Notes: generated by a model from the sequence alone, not told the origin. 63,282 nt of DNA, filler included, from Octopus bimaculoides (GCF_001194135.2; 5 parts of 5 records of this genome joined end to end with filler, not necessarily neighbours in it); one strand, 5' to 3'; positions 25,666 through 38,284 are shown, counted from the whole stretch's first letter. Numbers and translations: made by a program.

Positions 25666-25994
25666 CATCAGTTTGATATTAAACAGTTTTTCTATATGAC
25701 TGATATAGGTAAACATTTATTTCTTTATTGCCCATAGAGGGCTAAACATAGAGGGGACAAACAAGGACAGACTTAGACGGAGTTCAAATTCCGTCGAGGT
25801 CGACTTTGCCTCTCATCTTTTCGGGGCCGATTAAATAAGTACCAGTTAATCACTGGGGTCTATGTAATCGACTTATTTATCTTGACTGTCCTTGTTTGTC
25901 CCCTCTATGTTTAGCCCTCTGTGAGCAATAAAGAAATAAATGTTTACGTATATCAGTCATATAGAAAAAAAAACTGTTTAATATCAAACTGATG
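25666..25994. repeat. Fold-back: SINE A core and tail plus flank (+), preceded by an inverted copy of tail plus flank
   Basis: Arms 25666-25770 and 25886-25994 are near-perfect reverse complements; the loop holds the SINE core. Confidence 0.9.
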
Positions 25995-26134
25995 TATTAG
26001 TCAGTATTTTATAGTAGGGTACAGTCTGACGAAGTAAAATAAACCAAATCTTTCAAGTTGCTGTCAACCTTTTGTTTGCAAATCTCTGTTTACCTCTGTC
26101 TGTCTGTCTGCCTGTCTCTTTGTCTGTCTACCTG

Positions 26135-26173
<39 letters not shown>

Positions 26174-26252
26174 ATAAATGATTTCAAATGAATGAAACAA
26201 ATAAAGGAATAAAAGAATATATATATATATATACATACACACACACAAATGT

Positions 26253-26360
26253 TTATAATTCATCTTCAAGCCGTAAAAACGGTAATGTGTCTCCTAATGA
26301 TCCGCCAGGAAAATCTGTACCCAATTCACTTTTGAACAACTTCTGTTTCATGTTGTGTGT
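26253..26360 (-). CDS. Possible terminal exon ending in an EDEL ER-retrieval-like motif
   Basis: CTAAC branch motif about 30 nt upstream, acceptor tttatgctcttggctaag|, 108 nt THNMKQKLFKSELGTDFPGGSLGDTLPFLRLEDEL*; unique island between microsatellites. Confidence 0.25.
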   Translation of the reverse strand, partial: THNMKQKLFKSELGTDFPGGSLGDTLPFLRLEDEL

Positions 26361-27329
26361 CTTAGCCAAGAGCATAAACGTAATTTAAAGTTAGTTTTCG
26401 TGTATTGGAGTTCAAAAGTCTACAAAATAAGCATTCGATATGCTCTGTCATGTTTGTGTGCTGTTGGTGTATGAGGTGGGTGGGTTGGTGGGTGGGTGGT
26501 TGTGTTGTTAAATGCATGTGACAGAGTAAGTGATCGATTTGTTGATCAGACGTCTTTGTCAAGCAGTCAATCAGATACCTGGTTGTCATTCAATAGTTAA
26601 CAAATAATAATACTTTGATAATAATAATGCTGCTGCTGCTGCTGCTGATGATGATGATGATGATAATGATAATGATGATAATAATAATGAGTGCAAGATA
26701 CAATGTATACACATACATATACATGCATATATGTATACATACATACATATATATATATTTATGCACCCACATATATATATCTATATATACATATATATAT
26801 ATTTATATAAGATGTGTGTTTGTGTATATGTGTGCGTGTCTGTGTGTAAATATATATGTGTATATACACACATACATATGTTTTATATACTTTTATATTA
26901 CACTACGGAAGACGGTAGGGATTATAATTATGCATGATCTAATAGTGCTGTCGCTGTTTCGGAGTATTTAGGAGTGACTGTAATTTACGTATGGAATTTA
27001 TTTATCGATACGGTTGTACATAGGGTAAATGTGTTGGAAATTTGTGGTCTCTTTGGTTTGTTTGTTTCCAAACACACTTACTTTAGTGCTGTTGACACCG
27101 CCGGGTTGAATTGTACTACTCAGGTGTCGAAACCATAATGATATCTGTGGGGCAGCTGATGATGGAGGTATGCTCGAATATTGGTATGGCTGTTTTTGTA
27201 TATGTGGATTAGTACTATTGGATTCTTGGTGGAATAGTATTATAACATAGTATTATAACACATCTTTTGATATATAAGGTTCAAAAATCGATTAAGGTTG
27301 TTCATCGTATTTTCAGTCTGCGGGGAAAT

Positions 27330-27880
27330 GGCTAAGATTTACCCAGTTTATAATTATACTATCGTCGGCTCCAGCTCGTATCCGAGCATTGCGTTCGTGA
27401 ATTTCCATCCAGTCTCCTCGGCTGATAGTTGTGCCGAAAGTGACTTTGGAGTCCAAGTCGGCGGTGAAAGAGTCGTGGGCAGAACTCATACGGGATAGTC
27501 ACTGCAGGTCGAGCATGCTGAAGTCGCTCTTGCATTTTGCCTCCTCACTCTGTTGTCTGTTCTGCTCGAAGGAACTGGCTTCATTGCGGATAGTATTCCT
27601 CCATGGTGTCCTACCCATGTAAATCTGTTCTCATGAAGATGGCTGGATGTCAGCTTGAGCCAAGGTCCGTTTGAGCTGGTCTTTAAAACAGAATTTCGGA
27701 CCTCCTCTGTTTTGTTCCGATTGCAAGTTCCCCGTAGAAGAACTATCTTGTTCAAATTGCAAGTTCCCTGTTGAGCATAATCCTTGGGAGATGAGCGGAC
27801 TCCATACGCTGGACATGACCTGTCTAGCGGAGACGATGGCGAAGAATGGTGGCCTTGACACAGCAGTGTAATGTAAAACT
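27330..27880 (-). mobile_element. RTE-clade LINE 3' end with terminal zinc-finger-like motif
   Basis: NRGGPKFCFKDQLKRTLAQADIQPSS...WRNTIR, then EFCPRLFHRRLGLQSHFRH; internal 37-bp tandem duplication at about 27721-27769. Confidence 0.8.
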
Positions 27881-27907
27881 GGTTTTATTATAATTTGATA
27901 TATACAA

Positions 27908-27949
<42 letters not shown>

Positions 27950-28143
27950 TTGTATATATATGCATATATACGCATATACATATATATATATGTATAGGTA
28001 TAATATATATATATATATATANNNNNNNNNNNNNNNNNNNNNNNNNNNNNNNNNNNNNNNNNNNNTTAATTAATTAANNNNNNNNNNNNNNNNNNNNNNN
28101 NNNNNNNNNNNNNNNNNNNNNATATATATATATATATATATAT

Positions 28144-28744
28144 ATATCCATAAGGATCCCCCCTTCTCTCATGAATGACCATGACATTGCACCTACAAAG
28201 TTACCCTCCGAGGCACAAGTCCGGGCAACGTTGTTTGTTGAAGGCCAGCAGTTGCCCATGCATACCAGTTTCCGCTCTCCTGGGGAGAAAGTAAAAACCG
28301 CTCATAGAATTCAAGTATGCGCGCAAGTCCATACATGAAGCATTGTTTGATTTTTGATATATTTCGATCTAGTTGATCCGTGTCTCGCAAAACCATGTAA
28401 GAATGGAGGAGCGTGTAACAGAAATGGTTTAAAATTATTTTTAATGCAAAAATTCACGTGTTAGGAAGCAACGNNNNNNNNNNACAGACAAAGATACAGA
28501 CACACACGCGCACACACACATATATATACGAGAATGTACTGAAAAGTTCCTGGCATAAAGGAGCATACATGAGCATACATGCATTCATTTACGTATGAAT
28601 ATATGTATATATATGTATATATGTATGCATACATATATGTATAATCTATCTACATACATATATATATATATATACACATACACACATATACATACATACA
28701 GACATACATACAGACATGCATATATACATACATACGTATATACA

Positions 28745-28790
<46 letters not shown>

Positions 28791-28796
28791 CATATG

Positions 28797-28833
<37 letters not shown>

Positions 28834-29915
28834 ATAAGGATCCCCCCTTCTCTCATGAATGACCATGACATTGCACCTACAAAGTTACCCTCCGAGGCAC
28901 AAGTCCGGGCAACGTTGTTTGTNNNNNNNNNNNNNNNNNNNNNNNNNNNNNNNNNNNNNNNNNNNNNNNNNNNNNNNNNNNNNNNNNNNNNNNNNNNNNN
29001 NNNNNNNNNNNNNNNNNNNNNNNNNNNNNNNNNNNNNNNNNNNNNNNNNNNNNNNNNNNNNNNNNNNNNNNNNNNNNNNNNNNNNNNNNNNNNNNNNNNN
29101 NNNNNNNNNNNNNNNNNNNNNNNNNNNNNNNNNNNNNNNNNNNNNNNNNNNNNNNNNNNNNNNNNNNNNNNNNNNNNNNNNNNNNNNNNNNNNNNNNNNN
29201 NNNNNNNNNNNNNNNNNNNNNNNNNNNNNNNNNNNNNNNNNNNNNNNNNNNNNNNNNNNNNNNNNNNNNNNNNNNNNNNNNNNNNNNNNNNNNNNNNNNN
29301 NNNNNNNNNNNNNNNNNNNNNNNNNNNNNNNNNNNNNNNNNNNNNNNNNNNNNNNNNNNNNNNNNNNNNNNNNNNNNNNNNNNNNNNNNNNNNNNNNNNN
29401 NNNNNNNNNNNNNNNNNNNNNNNNNNNNNNNNNNNNNNNNNNNNNNNNNNNNNNNNNNNNNNNNNNNNNNNNNNNNTATATAAACATAATTAGAATTATG
29501 GTTCTGCAAGATCTGCTTTACCACAAACCGAAAATTAATTAGAAATAGCAGTGAAAATTACTATTTCTCTACCAAAATATAAGTTATCTTTCCCATCTTG
29601 ATCTGCGATACGTACGGACTCGAGTTTCTGGGTATTTTCCCGTCCTCAGCGTACGACAATCGCCGATCTTCGATGCGAAAGGTATTTCTTTGCAAATATA
29701 CATAGCTTTTTCCAGTGAAATTATTCCCTGATCTCGAAAAAGTTAAAAAAGGCAATGTTAAATTTCTGAACGAGGTATTAACAGTAACTGCACGAGAAAA
29801 TGAAGCATATTTGCAACTTACACGTGTATATGAACGTAATTTTGCTCGCATGCACACCCACGTACATGTGCATATATGCATATGCTCACACACACAAGCG
29901 GGAAACACATACATG

Positions 29916-29946
<31 letters not shown>

Positions 29947-30150
29947 ATATGTATACATATATATGTAACCATACACATGTACACATATACATATCCGAGC
30001 ATACGCACACATACCCACGTATATATACCCATAGGCGCAAAATTACGTTCATATACACGTGTATATGCGCACATGCAGGAAAAATGCAGAGCGAAAGGTA
30101 ATATGATGCTGCTGCTACTGTTGTTGCTGCTGCTTCCACTACTACAACTT

Positions 30151-30220
<70 letters not shown>

Positions 30221-31656
30221 CACTACTACGCTACATATATTTCCAGAAAGCTTTGTCGATAAGACATTACTTTCTATTTTAACGTATTCGGCGACTTCCG
30301 TGACTCTAGAATTGTAGACATTTTCACTTTTGATCAGTCATACTTGTAACATTGTTTGATTTTTGATATATTGATCCGTGATATTTCGATCTAGTTGATC
30401 CGTGTCTCGCGAAACCATGCATGAATGGAGGAGCGTGTAACAGTGTTGGTTATTTGTACAAGTGTACATGCAAGGCTGGATATTCCGGGACAAATTGTGA
30501 TATAGGTAAGAAATTATTACAAACTTCTGGATTAATATATATTTCATTTATCTCTGAAATGGCAGATATTTCTGAAACGTGATATTTGTTTCTCCACCAA
30601 CAGAATGTCTTGCAATGACTCGTGTGTGTGTGTGTCTGTGTGCGTGTGTGTGTATGCATATACATGTTTGTATATATATATATATATATATATNNNNNNN
30701 NNNNNNNNNNNNNNNNNNNNNNNNNNNNNNNNNNNNNNNNNNNNNNNNNNNNNNNNNNNNNNNNNNNNNNNNNNNNNNNNNNNNNNNNNNNNNNNNNNNN
30801 NNNNNNNNNNNNNNNNNNNNNNNNNNNNNNNNNNNNNNNNNNNNNNNNNNNNNNNNNNNNNNNNNNNNNNNNNNNNNNNNNNNNNNNNNNNNNNNNNNNN
30901 NNNNNNNNNNNNNNNNNNNNNNNNNNNNNNNNNNNNNNNNNNNNNNNNNNNNNNNNNNNNNNNNNNNNNNNNNNNNNNNNNNNNNNNNNNNNNNNNNNNN
31001 NNNNNNNNNNNNNNNNNNNNNNNNNNNNNNNNNNNNNNNNNNNNNNNNNNNNNNNNNNNNNNNNNNNNNNNNNNNNNNNNNNNNNNNNNNNNNNNNNNNN
31101 NNNNNNNNNNNNNNNNNNNNNNNNNNNNNNNNNNNNNNNNNNNNNNNNNNNNNNNNNNNNNNNNNNNNNNNNNNNNNNNNNNNNNNNNNNNNNNNNNNNN
31201 NNNNNNNNNNNNNNNNNNNNNNNNNNNNNNNNNNNNNNNNNNNNNNNNNNNNNNNNNNNNNNNNNNNNNNNNNNNNNNNNNNNNNNNNNNNNNNNNNNNN
31301 NNNNNNNNNNNNNNNNNNNNNNNNNNNNNNNNNNNNNNNNNNNNNNNNNNNNNNNNNNNNNNNNNNNNNNNNNNNNNNNNNNNNNNNNNNNNNNNNNNNN
31401 NNNNNNNNNNNNNNNNNNNNNNNNNNNNNNNNNNNNNNNNNNNNNNNNNNNNNNNNNNNNNNNNNNNNNNNNNNNNNNNNNNNNNNNNNNNNNNNNNNNN
31501 NNNNNNNNNNNNNNNNNNNNNNNNNNNNNNNNNNNNNNNNNNNNNNNNNNNNNNNNNNNNNNNNNNNNNNNNNNNNNNNNNNNNNNNNNNNNNNNNNNNN
31601 NNNNNNNNNNNNNNNNNNNNNNNNNNNNNNNNNNNNNNNNNNNNNNNNNNNNNNNN

Positions 31657-31690
<34 letters not shown>

Positions 31691-32580
31691 TGAGGAGACC
31701 TTCTTCTGTCATGAATGACCATGGGATTGCACCTAGAAGTCCGGGCAACTTTGTTTGTGAAAGGCCAGCAGTTGCCCATGCATACCAGCCTCCCCTCTCC
31801 TGGCGAGAAAGTAAAAACCGCGTATAGAATTCACGTATGCTCGCATGTATATACATACACATGCGCACATGCACACCCGCGTACATGTGCATATATGTAT
31901 ATTCTCATTCACACTTCCGTGAAACACACACATGCACACCCACACACACCCCTATATGTATACATATATATATAACCATACGTATGTACACATATACGTA
32001 TCCGAGCACACGCACACACACACACACACACGCGTATATATTCCCTTAGGCGCACAATTATGTTCATATACACGTGTATATGCGCACATGCAGGAAAAAT
32101 GTAGAGCGAAAGTTAATATACACAAAAAAATTGTAAACATATATTAATAAAAATACATAAACCATATATAAAAAATGTGTGCATGGGTATGCATGTGTGT
32201 ACATGTGTTTGGTTATATATATATATGTATATATAGGTGCGTGCGGCGATGTATGTTCGTGTTTCACGCGAGTGTGAGTAAGCATATGCATATATAACAT
32301 ATGTGTATTTAGACGTGTATATGAATATAATTGTGCGCGTATGGGTATATATACGTGTGTGTGCGTGTACGGGTGTGTGCGGATATGTATGTGTACATGT
32401 GTATGGTGGCAAATATATGTGTACATATAAGTGTGTGTGTGGGTGTGCTTGTATGTGTTTCACGCGAGTGTGAGTGAGCATATGCATATCTGCACATGCA
32501 CGTGGGTGTGCGTGCGCGCATGTGTACGGATGTACTTGCGCGTATACTTGAATTCTATAAGCGGCTTTTACTTTCTTCCC
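28144..32580. repeat. Complex local repeat array: direct and inverted copies of a unique module and a degenerate CA/TA-rich module
   Basis: Module at 28144-28430, 28828-28922, 30340-30450, 31686-31845 and inverted at 32538-32580; CA-rich module at 29820-30100, 31850-32110 and inverted at 32225-32537. Confidence 0.85.
30100..30230. repeat. (CTG)/(CTA)n trinucleotide repeat
   Basis: Direct inspection. Confidence 0.9.
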
Positions 32581-32879
32581 TTTCGGGTTTTTTTCCCTTC
32601 ATTTAACAGTAATTCTAATAGCTCTTTTGTTTGTCTTAATAACGGTCATCTTCATAGAAATTTTCCTTTGTTAACGGTAATTTTCTTAGCATTTTTGTTT
32701 GTCTTAATGACAAGATGCCGAAGCAGATTTCCGCCCCGGTATCGGAGACGGAATACCTGTCACATATTAATCTACAGATAAGTACTTCTATTTACATAAT
32801 ATGGAGGTGTGATACATTGTCTTGTTCTCATACTATTACTATTAATATATAAATAAATATATATATATATATATATATA

Positions 32880-35080
32880 TATGGGAGAATTCACGAAAAA
32901 AATAAACAACAGACGAAGACAGGTGATGTAAACAACAAATGGATGTATTAGTTTAACGCTCGGGAATAGAGAATGTCTCTGACCTTTCGAGCTACGCTCT
33001 TCAACTGGAAGGAACACAGAAAGAAATAAGGAGAGAAACAAGGAGAAAAAAATATAAATGTAGTGATCAGCGATCTATCATGGCGAATGCCGCACAGAAG
33101 GTTCACACAGGAGAGCTAAGAAAAAGGGGAGATAACAAAGGGGAAAAAGTGGTGAACCCAAAGACGAGAAGCTGTGTGTGTGTGAGAAAATGCTGGTGAT
33201 CTTAATGTATGTATGTGTGTATGTAGGTGTGAAAAAGTGGGGAAGGGAGAAGGGAGTTGGTCAGTGCTAGTGTGTGCGTGGTGGTGTGTTGTGAAGTGAT
33301 GTGTTGTGTGATATGGTGTAGCGTGGTNNNNNNNNNNNNNNNNNNNNNNNNNNNNNNNNNNNNNNNNNNNNNNNNNNNNNNNNNNNNNNNNNNNNNNNNN
33401 NNNNNNNNNNNNNNNNNNNNNNNNNNNNNNNNNNNNNNNNNNNNNNNNNNNNNNNNNNNNNNNNNNNNNNNNNNNNNNNNNNNNNNNNNNNNNNNNNNNN
33501 NNNNNNNNNNNNNNNNNNNNNNNNNNNNNNNNNNNNNNNNNNNNNNNNNNNNNNNNNNNNNNNNNNNNNNNNNNNNNNNNNNNNNNNNNNNNNNNNNNNN
33601 NNNNNNNNNNNNNNNNNNNNNNNNNNNNNNNNNNNNNNNNNNNNNNNNNNNNNNNNNNNNNNNNNNNNNNNNNNNNNNNNNNNNNNNNNNNNNNNNNNNN
33701 NNNNNNNNNNNNNNNNNNNNNNNNNNNNNNNNNNNNNNNNNNNNNNNNNNNNNNNNNNNNNNNNNNNNNNNNNNNNNNNNNNNNNNNNNNNNNNNNNNNN
33801 NNNNNNNNNNNNNNNNNNNNNNNNNNNNNNNNNNNNNNNNNNNNNNNNNNNNNNNNNNNNNNNNNNNNNNNNNNNNNNNNNNNNNNNNNNNNNNNNNNNN
33901 NNNNNNNNNNNNNNNNNNNNNNNNNNNNNNNNNNNNNNNNNNNNNNNNNNNNNNNNNNNNNNNNNNNNNNNNNNNNNNNNNNNNNNNNNNNNNNNNNNNN
34001 NNNNNNNNNNNNNNNNNNNNNNNNNNNNNNNNNNNNNNNNNNNNNNNNNNNNNNNNNNNNNNNNNNNNNNNNNNNNNNNNNNNNNNNNNNNNNNNNNNNN
34101 NNNNNNNNNNNNNNNNNNNNNNNNNNNNNNNNNNNNNNNNNNNNNNNNNNNNNNNNNNNNNNNNNNNNNNNNNNNNNNNNNNNNNNNNNNNNNNNNNNNN
34201 NNNNNNNNNNNNNNNNNNNNNNNNNNNNNNNNNNNNNNNNNNNNNNNNNNNNNNNNNNNNNNNNNNNNNNNNNNNNNTGGGAGGTTGGGTTGGGAGGTTG
34301 GGTTGGGAGGTTGGGTTGGGGAAGAAGCTGTGGACCAAGAGGTCTCGTAGGTTATGGGCTCGTTTGAAGAAGGAGAGGGGTCGATTAGGGAAGATGTAGG
34401 ATGTGGAGGAGTCGGACTGAAGGCGCCGGAAAGCTCGGAGAATGGTGCGTTGGAGGGGTAGGGTGCTGGGATGGTAGATGAGGGGAAAAGGGAGGCGTTA
34501 GACGGCAGGGCGGGTTCGGGGGTAGAGAGCAGATGCATGGTCCACGGAACGTGCTCTGGCAAGGGAGGTCTTGATGGTGGTGAGGAGATATCCCCGTAGG
34601 CTGAAGTGGTGAGCCATGAGTTGAGACTGAGTCTCAAAGTCATGGCTGTTACTACATAGCCTGCGTAGACGGAGGAATTGGGAATAGGGGATGGAAAGCT
34701 TGGTGTGTTTAAGGTGGTAGGAGGAGAAGTTAAGATGAAAGTGTGAGTCTGTGTGTTTGTAGTGGATGGAGGTGCTAAGTGTGGAGTGATGAATGCTGAC
34801 CGAAATGTCAAGAAAGGGGACAGAGGTGTCAGAGATAGCGCAGGAGAAGTGGAGGGCAGGATGGAAGGATTGGACAAAAGAGAGGAACGAGTCAAGATGT
34901 TCACGGGAGAGTGAGTTGGCACCGATACAGTCGTTAATATAACGACCGTATAGTTCGGGAGTAGGACCAGTGAAACATGAAAATATTTGGGCCTCAACAT
35001 AGCCAACAAACAGTTTCGCATAGTTGGGGCCCATTCTCGTTCCCATGGCCACTCCCGAGTAATGCTGGTAGAAACACATG
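32880..35080 (-). mobile_element. 5'-truncated Penelope-like retroelement (RT plus linker; gap 33328-34277) with terminal hammerhead-like relic
   Basis: RT motifs GVAMGTRMGPNYA, YINDC (YIDD-like), VPFLDISV, HYKHTDSH, SIPYSQFLRLRRLCS typical of PLE RTs; frameshifts and stops; 3' end GAAGAGCGTAGCTCGAAAGGTC at about 32981-33007. Confidence 0.9.
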
Positions 35081-35588
35081 TACACACAAACGTACACATC
35101 TATATATCTATATATATGGTATTCGAATTCACTAACTCATGATTGTGAGCCCGACGCTCTAACCACTGAGCCATGCGTTTTCCCAACGTTGGAATATCAA
35201 TGCATATCCTCTACAGCTTCCTATTCATTCTCTCTCGCCTCCTCTCTTTCGATCTTTAACTCGATGTGTTATGCTTTCGTAAGAACACACGACTTCCAGA
35301 ATTTCTATTTAACGCCCCAAATATGTGTAAACTCGTTTCTGTTATTTGAAACTTTGAGATGGCCCTGTCTATGATTCAATTCCTTGAAATATTTATAGAT
35401 ATGAAGATTTCTTTATGTTCGCTAAACCTTTGAGATGTTCATAGATTTCTCTATCTTAGCTAGCTGAGATATTTACTGAGAATTTCTATTGTTTTGCTAA
35501 ACATTACATTAGTTATTCACTGTACAACCTATCCCCGCAGTACTACTATCTCTGCTTATTTTAGTGTTCTCGTAATAATATTTCAATG

Positions 35589-35650
<62 letters not shown>

Positions 35651-35835
35651 TTATGCAAACACTCTATATACACAGTGAGTTCAAGTAGCCATTTTCAAAC
35701 TCATATCAGAGTAACTCACTGTAAACACTATTATTAAGATTAAAATAAAAATCATCCCCTGAAAAAAAGCCACCTCTACTCATTCTTTCAAATATATATA
35801 ATACTGCCCCAAGAACTTTCTCTTTATTATTCTAC

Positions 35836-35872
<37 letters not shown>

Positions 35873-36123
35873 ATATAGAATATGAGTGGTTTAGTTCACT
35901 GGTGATCTAAACGAATATGTACGGTGAGTAAGTGCTGTAATTGGTCATCCGTTAGGTTCCAAGTTCACAACTGAGGCTTGAACTAGGGATCCGTATTAGG
36001 CTTCCGTAACTCTACATCAATTTCAGTAAATTGTCCAATGAAAATTTCTTATTTTTTGTTATCTGTTTCTGATATATGAATTATTTGGGACTAATTTACA
36101 TTTACTTTCATTTTCCACTTCAG

Positions 36124-36150
36124 CACCAACGACACCACCAGTAATGTCAG
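36124..36150 (+). CDS. Candidate 27-nt microexon of an unidentified plus-strand gene (xPTTPPVMS, phase 1-1)
   Basis: GACTAAT branch-like motif, pyrimidine tract tttactttcattttccacttcag|, 27 nt, then CAG|GTAAGT consensus donor; frame-preserving; lies in unique sequence. Confidence 0.5.
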
Positions 36151-36169
36151 GTAAGTAGCGTTTTACTAT

Positions 36170-36600
36170 TCAAACTGATAAGAAATTAGAAAATAATAGA
36201 CCAGATATGACAATTATAGATAAGGAAAAGCGAAGCTGTTTACTTATCGATCCATCATGTCCGTTTGATTCCAGGATCATAATGAAAGAGGAAGAAAACA
36301 AAGAAAATACAATCCCTTAAAATTTGAAATCGGCAGAATTTTGAGCATGTGGAAAGTAAAGGTCGTTCCTATGATAATTAGTGTGTTGGCAACAGTAAGT
36401 CAAGATACAGACAGATGTTTGAAGGAGATTGAAATAGAATGACCGGTAGAGCTTCTACAGAAAGTTTGTCTGTTAGGAACGGCAAGAATTACCTGGAGTA
36501 TTCTAAGCGCTTGGAAGACAGCTGAAAACTTGTGGATACCTAATGTTATAGGTAGTAAACTGCTACCCACATAAATCCTACCAAGAATAAGACCGAACCT
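36170..36600 (+). mobile_element. Degenerate RLE-domain LINE 3' fragment
   Basis: PDMTIIDKEKRSCLLIDPSCPFDSRIIMKEEE...KVKVVPMII...LQKVCLLGTARI with frameshifts. Confidence 0.7.
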
Positions 36601-36624
36601 GAGCCTAACGAAAATAATAATAAC

Positions 36625-37060
36625 TCACATAGTAAGTGAATGTAGCGTGCTGGCTCAGAAACAATACAAAAGACATGATAATCTAGGGAGAGTAATCCAT
36701 GGAGAGTTATGTAGAATGCTAGGATTTGAACATACTAATAAATGATATGAACATGAATCTAGTAAAGTACTAGAAAGTAAGAAATACAAGATGTTGTTGG
36801 ACTTTAGCATTCAAGCTGACAGAGTAATAGAGGCTAGAAGGCCTGATTTCGCAGTAGTAGATAAAGAGAATAGAAAGTGCCAGATAATTGACTTTACAGT
36901 CCCAAACGATGAAAAAATTAATATGAGAGGTATTGGAAAATAGCAAGATACTAGGACCTAACCATTGAATTACGGAGACTATGGAAAGTGCGGGTAAAAT
37001 GTAACCCAGTAGGTATAGGTGCATTGGGAATTATCCCAAAAGATGGCATTAAATCATCTA
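36625..37060 (+). mobile_element. Second degenerate RLE-domain LINE fragment
   Basis: HIVSECSVLAQKQYKRHDNLGRVIH...LLDFSIQADRVIEARRPDFAVVDKENRKCQIIDFTVPND. Confidence 0.8.
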
Positions 37061-37072
37061 AAGATAACATCA

Positions 37073-37270
37073 TCAGATCGATGTGGAGATGATTGGAAGT
37101 AATCCTTTCTGCAAAGTAGACACATATTTATCTGAGCTTATGTTTCCCTCACACTCCACTAGCTCTGTTCGACCATTGCTCCTAATTTCCCCCCAGACCA
37201 TCACAGAATGATAACCGCCGTGTTTCATTGTTGGCTGCAATCTTTTCACGTCAAATTCTTGATTACAGAG
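37073..37270 (-). mobile_element. Tc1-like transposase fragment
   Basis: QPTMKHGGYHSVMVWGEIRSNGRTELVECEGNISSDKYVSTLQKGLLP, the Tc1 KHGGGSVMVWG motif region. Confidence 0.85.
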
Positions 37271-37649
37271 AACAAAAATGAGAAAAACTCGCACAATAAT
37301 CGACGTAGCATATCCCAGTGACATAGTAAGACCAAAGAAAAACAAAAGGAGAAAAGGGACCAACTATGACGATTTGAAGTGAGAAATATGCAGGTTATGT
37401 GAAATGAAGAGTGGTCGTGATACGAATAGTGATTGGCGCGTTTGGAAGTATCAGTGCCCAACTACCAGCATGTCTTAAAAAGTTTGGTATAAATGTAATG
37501 GTAGAACACCTACAAAAATCACCATTACATGTAACTGTAAGAGTCCTCGCATGATTCTTGAAGCATGATTAGTAAGCAAGTGTCATCTGACTATTTCCTT
37601 CATAGTCAACAAAATGAACTGAGAGTTTTAATTAAATGATAACAAACAT

Positions 37650-37835
37650 TTCTACCATAGGCACAAGGCTCGAAATTTGTTGGTGGGGCAGTCGATTAGA
37701 TCGTCCCCGGTACGAAACTGGTAGTTAATTTGTTGACCCCAAAAGGATGGAATTTGAACGTCGGTGAAAATTCAAATACCGTTAAGCATTTTGACTAGCG
37801 TGCTAACAATTCCGTCAGCACACCGCCTTAGATAA

Positions 37836-37892
<57 letters not shown>

Positions 37893-38050
37893 GGTTTCAA
37901 ATTTTGGCACAACGCCAACTGTTTTTGGGAAGGGGTCAAGTCGATTAAATCAACCCCAGTGCTCAACTGGTACTTATTTTATCGACTCGAAATGATGAAA
38001 GTCAAAGTCATTTTAACGGAATTTGAACTCGGAATGTAAAGACAGTCGAA
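37650..38050 (-). mobile_element. Two SINE family A copies separated by (TAC)n
   Basis: Core similarity at 37650-37830 and 37890-38050. Confidence 0.75.
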
Positions 38051-38194
38051 TAAAAGAATTGCTTCTAACAAAGGCACAATGCCTGAAATATGTTNNNNNN
38101 NNNNNNNNNNNNNNNNNNNNNNNNNNNNNNNNNNNNNNTTAATTAATTAANNNNNNNNNNNNNNNNNNNNNNNNNNNNNNNNNNNNNNNNNNNN

Positions 38195-38284
<90 letters not shown>

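Noticed and set aside
27150-27195. CTGATGA...CTCGAAT hammerhead-like string
   Set aside because: GAAA is GAAT and no convincing stem I or III.
28066-28077. TTAATTAATTAA palindromes within N runs
   Set aside because: Artificial scaffolding linker, not biological.
28144-28922. Identical module starts at 28147 and 28831
   Set aside because: The second copy ends at a gap and appears identical; it may be an assembly duplicate, so it is not counted as independent evidence of amplification.
29600-29820. LFPDLEKVKKGNVKFLNEVLTV frame resembling a mariner C-terminus or an exon
   Set aside because: Similarity too weak to call; in-frame stop upstream and no clear donor.
33267-35099. 610-aa Pro/Ser/Thr-rich ORF
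   Set aside because: Alternate frame of the PLE RT plus an N gap; the true frame is 34498-35097 and its frameshifted continuation.
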